Assembly (NCBI RefSeq): GCF_006345805.1 | Contig: NC_043000.1 | Location: 164,486,001 to 164,550,000, forward strand | Length of the DNA stretch: 64,000 nt | Reading direction: 5' to 3' | DNA from: Octopus sinensis | Lineage: Eukaryota | Shown here: piece after piece, positions 51,874 through 63,852 of the stretch | How the letters are laid out: every line of letters starts with the position of its first letter | Position numbering within the stretch: the first letter of the stretch is position 1 | The notes under the pieces: model-generated | Told to the model about the DNA's origin: nothing | What the model saw: only the letters and a program-made list of their open reading frames with translations | Databases searched by the model: none | Translations under genes and position numbers: made by a program

Positions 51874-52272
51874 CTAGCAGTATCGCCCGGCGTTGCTCGG
51901 GTTTGTAAGGGAAATAACTATATAAGCATTTTTAGAGAGTTATAACCAAAAAATAGCAAAAAAATGCATTAAAAATGGAAAAAAAAATGATGGTAAATTT
52001 TTTTTAAAATCGTTGACTCATCGTAGACATTTTTAGAGAGTTAATTCCCTTATATAATAGCGAAAAAATGCATTAAAATGGAAAAAAATGATGGTAAATT
52101 TTTTTTAAAATCGTAGACTCATCGTAGACGCGCGCTAATACCCAGAAGGGCTCGATATGAATCACGACTATAAGATACCCGGTTTTGGTTAAACTGCACC
52201 GCAAAATGTGGGAGTAGTTAGGAATCTAAATCGTAGGAGACAGACACACAATTTGACTTTTATATATAAAGA
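51874..52272 (-). mobile_element. Non-autonomous Helitron
   Basis: Minus strand starts TC, ends CTAG, inserted between A and T with no TSD; subterminal hairpin CCCGAGCAACGCCGGG ~10 nt before the end; internal ~105-bp duplication. Confidence 0.85.
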
Positions 52273-52404
52273 TAAAAAAATTCTATTTCATTAAAATTAG
52301 AACCTTAGTAATGAGAACAATCATTCTCTTTAAAGTTAAAGTTTTAATTAAAATTAATTATGGAATGCAGTGAAAGACGAACAGCTTTAGCTGTATGGTG
52401 GCAA

Positions 52405-52440
52405 CGCTGAACGTTTCGATATTATTAGACCTCATCAGCG
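52405..52440 (-). ncRNA. Degenerate minimal hammerhead-ribozyme-like motif (Penelope-like origin inferred)
   Basis: Minus: CG-CTGATGA-GGTCTAATAATATC-GAAAC-GTT-CAGCG; core complete, palindromic AACGTT stem III, stem I weak. Confidence 0.4.
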
Positions 52441-52594
52441 AAGCATAATCTAACCGCGATTGTGAAATCTTAAAACTACTAGTTATCTTTTTAGTTCTGA
52501 TCTTTCATTAAAATTTTATTCACATCTAGTATTCCTTATTTGAATACCAAAATTCTATAGTTTGTAAGATATTTCGTCTAAAAATCCGAGCATT

Positions 52595-53057
52595 TCGGCA
52601 ATTTTAACCAATCGATTACCTCCATTCAACTAAAATCATTTGCTGCGTCTAAAACTGAGACAACATCCTGTAACTAACCCTAAACCTCCCCCTAACCCTA
52701 ACCCTAACCCTTTTTTTTTCTTAATTGTTAAATTAATTTGAGTGTTACGCGTGTAAAAAAAACCGTAACAATTAAATTAATTTAACAATTAAGAAAAAAA
52801 AATTAGGGTTAGGGTTAAGTTGAGGGGTAGTGACAGGATGTTGTCTCAGTTTTAGACGCAGCAAATGATTTTAGCTCAAAAGAGAGCATAGGATTGGTTA
52901 AAATTCGAAAAATTAAACTACGTTAAACAAACAAATTACAATTTTCTCAAGAAAGCCAAGGAGAAAAATGTTTTATTTTGACACATTCTACCAGTATACG
53001 AAGTTTTAAAGTGTTTAATTAACTAGAAATTGTCTGCCGTTCAAAAGGAAAAGATCC
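52595..53057. mobile_element. Second copy of the TTAGGG-containing long-TIR element (left arm truncated)
   Basis: Right arm near-identical to ~48190-48440, ending CGTTCAAAAGGAAAAGATCC|TA. Confidence 0.82.
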
Positions 53058-53529
53058 TAAAGTTTTTCTTTACAGTCGTTGATTTCTCCTTCTGCTTTTA
53101 CAATGAAGCAACGGAGTCTAGATGTGTCAATTGCGTAGCTAGTGGGGTGGTAGCGGCACACATTCTAGCTACGCTAGTGGTTAAGTATAAACAAAATTAA
53201 CACGTAATATACATTTCCCGTAAACCCTTTGTTAGTTGATAATTAAGAATTTAAAAAATCTTCGGGAAATATTCGATGAAGTCCAACATACCACTTAAAA
53301 GTCAGAATCACAGTTGAAATACTTTTAATCGTAAATATGCGCTATTAGTGGTAGTCCGAAATAAAACAACACATATAAGACAAAATCGTAAAACCTGAGC
53401 GAACAAGTAAACCCCTCTGTAGCAAACTCAACCTCCTAAAATATGCAGTCATTCGACCAGCTACAAAAATTCCTCGATCACATTTTAATGTTTGGAAGCA
53501 GAGTGATCATATATACCCCTGTCTGGCAA

Positions 53530-54000
53530 ATAAATAAATAAATAAATAAATAAAAGAAGGTGTATATGACTGCGGGTATGTGGGTATTTTGAAAATACCT
53601 GAAGGAGTGACGACCTTGCCCTGCATAGTTGCGGGCTGTCCGCTGGCAAGGTATAGCACCCGCTCAGCCATCCTGCCAGAGATACGGCGAAATCATGGGA
53701 CTGTAGCATGGCAGATTGTGAAGAGGTAGTGGAAGAGCTCAAATTGATGTTGAGCGCAGGAATCGTAGATCAACGGTCAGGATCACCAAGCTCTATCTGG
53801 AGAATGACTGCAACGTATCCACTGGGATGGCGTCCATGGTTGGGAAATCAGCTAATGAAAGATTCCCTATGACACAAGCTCCCAATTCACATTCATAATA
53901 ATGGAATCGGATGGTGACAGAGAATCATGGGAATCCGCGAAAGCAGCGGCAGAAGAAGTGACTGGAACACCTTTGATTCTGTGCCTGCTCGATCGAAGCT
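53530..54000 (-). mobile_element. Degraded LINE 3' end (CR1/L2/Jockey-like)
   Basis: Frameshifted HDFAVSL...LPRTARLW-like C-terminus and a (TTTA)n tail at ~53530-53553. Confidence 0.5.
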
Positions 54001-55688
54001 GACTTGGCATGAAATGACAACTTCGTAAAATCATTTACTTACATTCATAAAGTATTGTTACACATATCAATGGCTAATCTGTGCCTCACAAATAATTTTT
54101 CATACATTGGTCACCGACTTGAATTGATATCCCATCACTTAGAAATGAATTGATTTTGACCATATTAGGCAATGCGATGGATTTTGTTTTACCACCAAAG
54201 AGACAACAAAGTGAAATGACATAACGTAGAATGTCCTATAATTGTGGATCAGACAAAATATGAAGTTAGCAAGTCATCGGATTCCCTTTGTTTGAATGAG
54301 CCGAGAAATAACACGAAGAATGCACAAAATTAGTTTTAAAATAGTAATTTTTGACAGGGAAATAATAATAATTGTCTTGAAAATCTTCATTAATATTTTG
54401 ATGCTATTATAATAAAAGATAACGAATAGTAGGAACCACTTTGCTGAAGAAACTATGAGTCTAAATATTCTAGCTGAGCTTTTGTTCTTTCACGAGCAAC
54501 TGGTATAGACATCAGATGCGGAGAAGAATATTACACTAGAAAAAATGAGATATGAAGTTCACATCAACAGCCAACTGTTCAAACTAAGAGCTTTGGGGGT
54601 TTTTTTTGGGTTTTTTTTTGTGAATTTAACAGTGAACATTTTGTCATAGAAAATACAAATGACCCGATCTTAGAAGTGCTTTGAGGTTGATATAATTGAA
54701 ATAATTATCATTCAGTTGTTCAAAAACTTGGAAAGGTAACTGAAACCTCAGTCAGTGGAAGCATGAATAAAAAGTCCTTTTTCTTTTCTCTAAATATTTC
54801 TAAACAGAAATCAGCTTGTTAAAACAAAACCTTCGAAAATGAGGTTTTGTCATTTAATCTATGAAGCTCGGCGGAATACTGCGTTCCAAAAGCTTTTATA
54901 TTACCAGTTTTATAATGATGGTAATTTCAACGTTCTAATTACAAGCAAGGAAATTAAAAACAGGCCATCGAAGCATTTCAGTTAAGAAACCTTGAAGTGA
55001 AATACGACTCTGAAACAGTACAAGTTTGGGAGTAATACGTAATTATATGTGACTGCGAACCTATAATCAAACATGAAAACCTCTATCTTCAGTATATTGA
55101 AAAATTTTCGAAAGTTCAAATCATTCATGATTTTATTCAGAAGCAACATACTTTGTTTAAGTAATCTATGGATCATTAGTAAACTGAAACTGTGATGAAA
55201 AAACATTGTAGATAGAGAACGTAACGTTAAGGTTGTCGCCACACGTACACAAACAAATAATTCAACGTTTGAAGGTGACTAGAGAAGAAATAGCAGAGTG
55301 TAGTGGTTCGTGACGTCTTTTTTTACGTTGTGAGCTCATCTGTTATACGTATCATATTTGCCTTTCATCTCTCTGGAGTGCACTAAAACAGAATAAATAT
55401 CAGTCAACTATCTGTTTATAAACCCAATTGCATTATTTCATAACACAGTATATTACTGTGAAATACACTCTAGAAAAATTAATATTTCCTAATTTAAAAA
55501 AAAAGATTTTGATAGTATATCAGCGCCAATATTGGATTTGCTCATTATTTTTATAACACTTTATCATCAATTATTGATGTTATTTTTTTAATGTGATCAA
55601 ATGAAATAAAATTTTAATTAAATAACAACTGTCGCTCATCACTCTTGGTTTCTCAAATTATTTCTAAATCAATTCAGATTCTTCTGTA

Positions 55689-56180
55689 GGTGCTACTTTG
55701 GCGTGTGATCTACAACTTAAAGGGAGATTACTCTAGGTGACTTTTTAGTTCACTTTTCTAAAAATCCTTAAGATGTTGGCTAAAGGTTTTTATAATATGA
55801 TCAGCGAGGAGACGAAGACAGTTGCATTTCTACGAAGAAATGGTCTGTTAGATAATAAAGAAAATGTTTCACCATGTCATCATTGTGGTGAAGAAATAAA
55901 AGAAGCTCGAAGAAACGGAAAAACGGAGGAATTTTGCCAAACTGGCGGTTGCCAAACTTATCGGTCTATCCGCACCAGAAATATTCTTTTTTTTTCTGTT
56001 GTACTGGTTTAAATAACAAAATCATTTTCAATCTTTCTCTTATGATAAGGTGCATCAGTTAACCTGTAGAGATACAGAATCAACATTTCACCGTTTTTCC
56101 TTTAGAAATTGAAAAGTGAACTAAAAAGTAACCTAGAGTAATCGCCCTTTAAGTTGTAGGTCACACGCCAAAGTAATACC
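55689..56180 (+). mobile_element. Internally deleted Merlin (IS1595-like) DNA transposon
   Basis: ~70-bp TIRs starting GG; exact 8-bp TSD CTTCTGTA (55681-55688, 56181-56188); ORF 55773-56012 VAFLRRNGLL...CHHCG...CQTGGCQTYRSIR resembles the Merlin transposase N-terminal zinc finger. Confidence 0.85.
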
Positions 56181-57324
56181 CTTCTGTATCTGTTTTTATA
56201 AGTTTCATTGTTGCTTGTCTATGTTTATATGTTTCTCTTGTAAATGTATTTGATTGATTTCCCCCCCCCCTTCAGCTTTATCTTGACTATGCCAAAGTAA
56301 ACGGAAGCTCCAAAATGAAATAATAAGCACAGGCTGAAATAATAATGAACAATTAGAGAGCAATTTTGCGTGATTTTCAGAAACTTTTGACGGATTAGCA
56401 GAACCATTACTGGGCCGGTCACAAACCTGGCTGTATTCAGCAACGACTTGGTTCAAATCTTGCCACCGTTTAGTTTTCATTTCATCATGCCATTATAGCT
56501 TATGTAAGCTAGGGGAGTAGTGTAAGGACCTCGCTTGGCACTGCCTGTGATTCGAAACTGAATCCACTCGCTTGTTGCTTGTGAAGCATTTCTCAAATTC
56601 CTTTGTTTTTGCATCTCCACGCTGGATGATGTTTTGCAAACACTTGACCTACGATTTTTTCCCTGTCACCGAGCGGTCAGTTCTTTGTTTCAGATGCGAC
56701 CTACTTCCTGGATGTTCGCTATATAATGGAGAATCTTGTTTCTTTGCTCCCTTCGACACATCAGCTTAACTCACTCTTTCTCGCGAAATCCCTAGGAACC
56801 TTTTGCGGAACCCCGGTTGAGAAACGCTAACCACTTGCCGCTAACATGTTAATAATATTCCTTCCTTTTCGCTGTTCTTCACTGGTGCCTTCGTCGTGAG
56901 AACCTCACATCAACAAGCGTTACATACAAGCATTACATCTACACGCTACATTTGGTAGACGGCTACATCTTACCGCCACATCTGGTAATCCCGACCTACA
57001 AATATCTTTAACCGTTACACCGTACTCGATAAAATAAAGTGACATGATTTTATGGACTATACCTCTCACCAAAATTTGTGGACTTGTTCCTATTTTGGAA
57101 ACCAATAATTTGTTAGAAATTTTCCATTAAAAAACATTCTAACTTAGGATGCATTAAAATAGCGTTTCCCAAACGCCTCACCAAAGAGATTAACTTCGAT
57201 TAGTCCAGCATTGCTTTGATGACAAATCGAATTGGTGAGATATGCAAAATAAGTGAAAAACAACGGAAAATATTTTTTTCAGAGTAATTGCATTGGAAAA
57301 AATAAATTGGTAAATAGTCCTTTC

Positions 57325-57480
57325 TATTATAGACACAAAGTCTGAAATTTTGGGGGAAGGGGCAAGTCGATTATATTGACCCCAGTACTCAACTGGTACT
57401 TGATATATCGACCCCGAAAGGATGAAAGGTAAAGCCGACCTCGACGGAATTTGAACTCAGAACGTAACGGCAGACGAAAT
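57325..57480 (-). mobile_element. SINE (family 3), CpG-intact; followed by (CA)n at ~57531-57620
   Basis: ATCGACCCCGAAAGGATGAAAGGTAAAGCCGACCTCGACGGAATTTGAACTCAGAACG on plus. Confidence 0.8.
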
Positions 57481-57527
57481 AATAAATTTGTGAGTAATAC
57501 CGTAAAATAATACAATATTTTACCTGT

Positions 57528-57623
<96 letters not shown>

Positions 57624-57784
57624 CACAAAATCTCTCTCTTCTGTCTACGATCTATCTATACTATTTTAACTATTTTGATTAACTTCTTTGAGTGTCAACA
57701 TTTTTGTCACGCAACTGTAATCTCGTCAATGACACGAGGAATAAACTAAAAAGCGAATTTAACAGGTGTGTGTGTGTGTGTGTG

Positions 57785-59125
57785 TTATTATTCAGTTTTA
57801 TTTCAAAATTTCTTGCCAATAGAGAAAGATCTGGTTTCTAACCTAGATCCAAGGCTCCTTCATTGGAATTTCAACATAACTGGGTATGTATGTATGTATG
57901 TACATATTTGTATGTTTTGTTTTATGTATGTATTCTCGTGCATATAATTGCATGACGAGACATGCTCATACTCATATATACTTTAATAATAAACTTCTGG
58001 AAAGTTTTACAGATTTTTACAGTTCCAGTGGATCTCTAGTCTTCGAATCAGTTTCTCCTTTCTGGTTTTGAGAACCTTAATTTCTCAAGATTGGTATTTA
58101 GGAAGTGTCTTACATATCTCAGGGACCCAATAATTACAGATATAAACTTGAACTTGTAACCTGGATAGAGTAACTGCAAATTTCTCAATAGTTCAGCGTC
58201 GGTATTTTCTCTTTCGCTGATCTTTAGCTTTATGTTAACATCCGATGGGCAGCTGATTTCCACAACCTCACAGAGTTTCTCTTTCTCTCCCAAATCCTTA
58301 TGTCAGGTCTATTGTGTTTACATTTTATTGAGGTTTTCACTGGGACATTTCATCAGTACTCTGTTCCATTATTAGTGGCTATGATTTCCGCCATACTGTG
58401 GAATCTTATTTCTTTTTCCTCGGAGTTATTCTTCCGATGGATCTCGTTATATAGTGTCCTAGCGACAACATCATGTTTCATCGGTAGATAATATCGTGAT
58501 GACATTTCGGACACCTGCTTATGATGTGGATATCTTCGGTGTTAACTTCACAAAGTCTGCATCGGTTGTCACATTTTGCTGCTTTACCTGCATCTTTCAC
58601 TCTTTTGTGCAGTAAATATTTGGTTGATAATAATAATAATAAAAACATTGTGTACAGTGCTCAGGTGCACTACAACTCATCTAAAGTGTATATATAATCA
58701 GGTGTAGTTTCGGCGGATTTCGGAAAGCATGAGGGCCTTAAAGGATGCAGTGTCATGGCAGTCAACAACTGACGCAGGCAGTTTGTTCCATGCTTCAGCA
58801 ACTCTGAGCGTGAAAAAATGTTTCCGAAAGTCATGGGAGCTGTGTTGTTTTCTGACTTTGTAGGCATGTCCACGTGTGTTAGACACATGAAGATCAAAAA
58901 GGTGTTCAGTGTTGTTGTTGGTGAGGTGGTTGATAACTATGTGGGTGTTTACCAAGTCCATCGCCAGACGCCGGAGCTTCAGTGAAACCGTGATATTTCC
59001 TGTTCCTGGATTGCAAACACATATTCTTCAAAGTGGGTGTTCTTAATCCGGTTGTTGGTCCATGATAGACTGCTTTGATGATCAATGTTACTATCATCTC
59101 GGAGCTTTCTACAAACATATCTGTA
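57785..59125 (-). mobile_element. R4/Dong-like (restriction-like endonuclease) non-LTR retrotransposon, 3' part
   Basis: Frameshifted CRLCEVNTEDIHIISRC zinc knuckle, KLCEVVEISCPSDVNI RLE motif, GTVKICKTF C-terminus, 3' UTR ending AATAATAA at (CA)n. Confidence 0.82.
58630..58990 (-). mobile_element. CR1 3' fragment (copy 3 of the young family) nested in the R4-like element
   Basis: Reverse complement of the ORF end/3' UTR of copies 1 and 2; TSD TGATA (58625-58629, 58991-58995) splits the host codons EISTKYL. Confidence 0.92.
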
Positions 59126-59699
59126 GCAGAGGTGATTTACACTGTCATTATGTGTGAGATGTTTCGTTATGGGTTGTCTTGGATTAAATACCTGGATATC
59201 GGCTCCACAAGCCTTTCGTTCCAGCAGGTCACACGACCTTGTGATTAGCTGAAATTGTTGCCTGTATTGGTCGGTTTCCAGCCGTCCAATCGTGTTGGTG
59301 CAACAGTTCGTTTTTTCTTACGCGGGAAATTAATCACCAGCTCTTGGGAGCCTACTGATCTCTATAATAACGACAGTTGTCGACTGCTCTAAGTCTTTGG
59401 CACACGCCACCGACCACACGCAACTCGTTTTTGGCAACGATGTACCTGATACCAGCCAGTCTACGCTTTCACCTCTACGTGACGCCTGCCTACATCATTG
59501 CTGTATGGACATCACACTACCAACAGCTGCCTCTACACACCACCGAATAGTAGGTCAGTTATGTCTACCAGATCAACAGTCCAGCCTAACCAAGAAGTCT
59601 CTCACACATCTTTGTTGTAACCTGTTATGTTATTTTATTTCATGCATGGCAATCATTGTATTTTATAACGGAGAATAAACCGTCGCTAACCAGTTCATT

Positions 59700-59905
59700 T
59701 CATCTCAAGTCGTATAACATTTCCCTTATTACTTATCTTAGTTATATATCCATACATGGTCTTCTGCTGATATACGTTCCTTCCTTTCATTTGATGATAC
59801 ATTGCGGTAGAGTCGTGTGACTTCTTTGTGCATGTATTTAAGTTCATCAGACAACGAATACTGCTCAGGGAGCTGCTTTCCAAGTCTTATGATGTTATCA
59901 GCCTA
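59700..59905 (-). mobile_element. Further R4/Dong-like fragment
   Basis: DNIIRLGKQLPEQY...QQKTMYGYITK, homologous to the 62030-62214 segment. Confidence 0.6.
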
Positions 59906-59919
59906 ATGTATGCAAACTT

Positions 59920-60410
59920 GTACGTACGTACGTACCTACGTATGTATGTATGTATGTATGTATGTATGTATGTATGTATGTATGTATGTATGTATGTATG
60001 TATGTATGTATGTATGTATGTATGTATGTATATGTATGTATGTACGTACGTACGTACGTACGTATGTATGTATATATGTATGTATGTATGTACGTACGTA
60101 CGTATGAATGTATGTATATATGTATGTATGTATGTATGCATGTATGTATGCATGCATGCATGTATGTATGTATGTATGTATGTAAGTATTATGTATGTAT
60201 GTATGTATGTATGTATGTATGTATGTATGTATGTATGCATGTATGCATGCATGTATGTATGTATGTATGTAAGTATGTATGTATGTATGTATGTATGTAT
60301 GTATGTATGTATGCATGCATGCATGTATGTATGCATGCATGCACGTATGTATGTATGTAAGTATTATGTATGTATGTATGTATGTATGCGTGCATGCATA
60401 CATGCATGCT
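59920..60410. repeat. Compound (TATG)n/(TACG)n/(CATG)n microsatellite
   Basis: Direct inspection. Confidence 0.97.
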
Positions 60411-60461
60411 CTTATACTTAAATTATTTAAATTCTTACTTTAAAGAAGGAGCCGGTTTCTA

Positions 60462-61395
60462 ACATAGATGCCAATTTAAAGAATGCCACAGTATTGAAAT
60501 ATGCAGACGACATCAAGCTGTACCTTGAAATCAAGAGGACTGATCCTGATGTCTACAACTCTTTCCTGCAATCAGACCTAGACACAATGCAGCAATGGAT
60601 CACAGACTGGCAACTGAAACTGGCTGTGGACAAGTGTACCACCATGCATTTTGGGAGAAAAAACCCTGCGTCCACATACTCCCTTCACAACACTGATATC
60701 AAGAAATCCTCTTGCGAGCGTGACCTAGGCATCACTGTCAGCAGTGATTTGCGTTGGACAAAGCATATCTCTAAAATTGTCAAGAAGGCCGAGGGTGTCT
60801 TGGCATCACTCAGCAAGACTTTTGTTAGCCGCTCTCCAGCCATCTATTTAAAACTGTATACAGCTATGGTACGACCACACTTGGAATTCGCATCATCAGT
60901 TTGGAACCCCTATCTTGCTCAGAACATTGACCTCCTGGAATCTGTCCAGAGACGTGCAACCAAACGCATACCCTCCATCAGACACCTACCATATTCTGAG
61001 CGCCTTGTTTCCCTGGGCATGGATTCACTGAAGCTCCGGCGTCTAGCGACGGACTTGGTAAACACCCACAAGGTTATCAACCACCTCACCAACAACAACA
61101 CTGAACACCTTTTTGATCTCCATGTGTCTAACACACGTGGACATGCCTACAAAGTCAGAAAACAGCACAGCTCCCATGACTTTCGGAAACATTTTTTCAC
61201 GCTCAGGGTTGCTGAAGCATGGAATAAACTGCCTGCATCAGTTGTTGACTGCCATGACACTGCATCCTTTAAGGCCCTCATGCTTCCCGAAATCCGTCGA
61301 AACTACACCTGATTATATATACACTTTAGATGAGTTGTAGTGCACCTGAGCACTGTACACAATTATTATTATTATTATCATTATTATTATTATTT
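60462..61395 (+). mobile_element. 5'-truncated young CR1 LINE (copy 2), open ORF2 C-terminal part
   Basis: ORF 60494-61312 uninterrupted to RRNYT-stop; only a handful of substitutions versus copy 1; inserted in the R4-like 3' UTR with 5' microhomology ACATAGAT. Confidence 0.95.
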
Positions 61396-61399
61396 ATAC

Positions 61400-62640
61400 A
61401 AAGCTCCGTTGTTGGAATGTAAATAACAAAAACAATGTCACATCTTAAACTTGAGAAAAGTCTTGCATATTTTTATTGTTCCATTTACAGACTACTTGTA
61501 ATGTGTGAGTTAATTGGTCGATATCTTTTTCTGAAAATCCAAGCTTATCTATATTGCCAGTTAGGCACAAAACCTCACAAAACCAAGTCTTTCGCAGAAA
61601 TATGACAATCAAAATTTGTGATTCCTCCTTCGACCACAAAGTGCTTCACTGTATCTTTTGTTTATGAGGAATTTAGTTGCAATCTCTTGATTTTGGATTC
61701 CAAATGCATAGCCTTCGAAGCGCGATGTAGCGGTCTCGAAACCAAGAAAGACTTCGTATCATGTCGATATTACCAACTTCTCCAAAGGCGGCGAGCTGGC
61801 AAAATCGTTAGCAATCTGGACGAAATGCTTAGCGTATTTTGCCCGTCGCTACGCTCTGAGTTCAAATTCCGCCAGAGTCGACTTTGCCTTTCATCCTTTC
61901 GGGATCGATATATTAAATACTAGTGAAACACTGGGTTCGATGTAATCGACTAGTCCCCTACCCCCAAATTTCAGGCCTTGTGCCTATACTAGAAAAGATA
62001 TTACTATCTTCAAGTCTTCAGGAAACATAACCTAGCATAGTTTTTTGATAGTTTCTTTTTTTTTTCTGCAGGCTAAGCGTTTCACGTGTAGGTCTTCTTT
62101 GAGGTATAGTAGTTCGGCTGTTCTGAGGTTATATTGGAGGTCATCGGGACGAGAGTGCTTCCCGAGGAGCTCGCTGCCGACACATAAGATGTTGTTTTCT
62201 TCACTTTTCACCACTAAGTTAATGTATATATTATTGCTGCTGTTGCTTTGGAAGTGCAGTCAGCACTGATCTCAAGGCTCTGCCTCTTTTAAGTCTTCTT
62301 AGATGGAGCCTGTCGATATCACCATCCCTATGGAGATTTCCAGTTGATGTCAGTATTTTGCGGGGTTTAACATAAATGGGGTGGATTTCCTCTACAGACC
62401 AGTCAAGTATCCCAAATTCTGGAATCAACACTGACACTGCAAAGACATGTTGGGATATTGTTTTATTGCAGAGGAGAGTTCCGACTTCTATATGTTACTA
62501 AGTTTGGCATAATGTTTTCGGATCACTCTATTTTTATTTGCACTACCTTCGTCTGATAGGTTTTCATCTATGCCCAGGTATTTGTAGCATTCATTGTGTG
62601 GGACAGGAGAGGTAATCAAACCATTGATACATAGGTGTTG
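61400..62640 (-). mobile_element. R4/Dong-like retrotransposon fragment (internally deleted; SINE inserted at 61787-61995)
   Basis: YKYLGIDEN, FGILDWS...KILTSTGNLHRDGDIDRL, and NIDKLGFS...GTIKICKTFLKF C-terminus; its 3' UTR resumes at ~60420-60460 beyond the CR1. Confidence 0.8.
61787..61995 (+). mobile_element. SINE (family 3), CpG-intact
   Basis: GGCGGCGAGCTGGCAAAATCGTTAGC...GAGTTCAAATTCCGCC head. Confidence 0.85.
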
Positions 62641-62786
<146 letters not shown>

Positions 62787-63174
62787 TGAAATAGCTCTTT
62801 AGTTCTAACATAGATTTCAGTGAAATAACAATTATTCAATTGTTCTAACACTTGAAAAGGCAACCGACAAATAGAATTCTGAAAACGGAAATTATTGGGT
62901 TATTTCCCTTCGAACGTGTTTACCAGTGGTCTCCCCTTGAACAGAAAAGTTTGAAGTTTCAACTACTTTTTTGTTAACGTTTGTATATTCACCTTTGTAG
63001 ATACTTGTTATAATACACGGGAGATCTTTTTAAAATATGTTCCATCCTTAATTGAAATCTTTTAAAAATGGATTTCATAAAGATTCTTCCAATTCATCCC
63101 GTCGAAGACAACGTATGAGTGTTCAGCTTTTGCCGAACGACCTTCACAAATGATTCGTTAATAGTGATCAAATG

Positions 63175-63384
63175 TTCGTGCCGCACAATAGCTCCCTCCC
63201 TCCATCAAATCGACGTTGTCTGAACAGGTTCACGGTGCACCACGCGTAGAAATGTCGAAGTGATCGAAGAGTAACTTGATATGAAGTGTTTTGCACAAAG
63301 AACACAACGCACCACCCGATCTACGAATTCAAACCACGATCTCGCAATCATGAGCGCAACAACTCAAACACTTGGCCATGCACT

Positions 63385-63388
<4 letters not shown>
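63175..63388 (-). mobile_element. SINE (family 4)
   Basis: Plus GATATGAAGTGTTTTGCACAAAGAACACAACGC...GAATTCAAACCACG...CACTTGGCCATGC is a reversed tRNA-like head. Confidence 0.65.
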
Positions 63389-63444
<56 letters not shown>

Positions 63445-63446
<2 letters not shown>

Positions 63447-63651
63447 AATTGAGGACTGAACACGAAAAGTGGACAGTCAACATGCTAAATATAGACGTCA
63501 AATCGCCATTCTCCACAAAGAGTGTGTTCTCACATAAAACTCAGTTTTGTGCTGAGTTTTATGTGAGAACACACTCTTTGTGGAGAATGGCGATTTGACG
63601 TCTATATTTAGCATGTTGACTGTCCACTTTTCGTGTTCAGTCCTCAATTGG
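63445..63651. repeat. Perfect palindrome: 100-bp arms, 7-nt loop, embedded in (TA)n
   Basis: 63445-63544 is the exact reverse complement of 63552-63651; loop TTTTGTG. Confidence 0.97.
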
Positions 63652-63852
63652 TATATATAAATATTTTAATCTTCGGATTCTTTTTAATATGCTAGACCAC
63701 TGGTTTTAATTGACTAATATCAATTTCTACCCTTAATTAATTTTATATAAAATATTATATATATATATATATACAATTTGATATAGTCGACTTTTACCCG
63801 TCTATATATATATATCTTACAGTTCTATATTTAAGTGATGAGGAACTAGATA

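Noticed and set aside
59122-59702. Possible solo LTR (TG...AATAAA...CA) between R4-like fragments
   Set aside because: No matching TSD, PBS or polypurine tract; left unclassified.
59828-60421. Several overlapping MYVC/HTYI ORFs
   Set aside because: Translations of the (TATG)n microsatellite.
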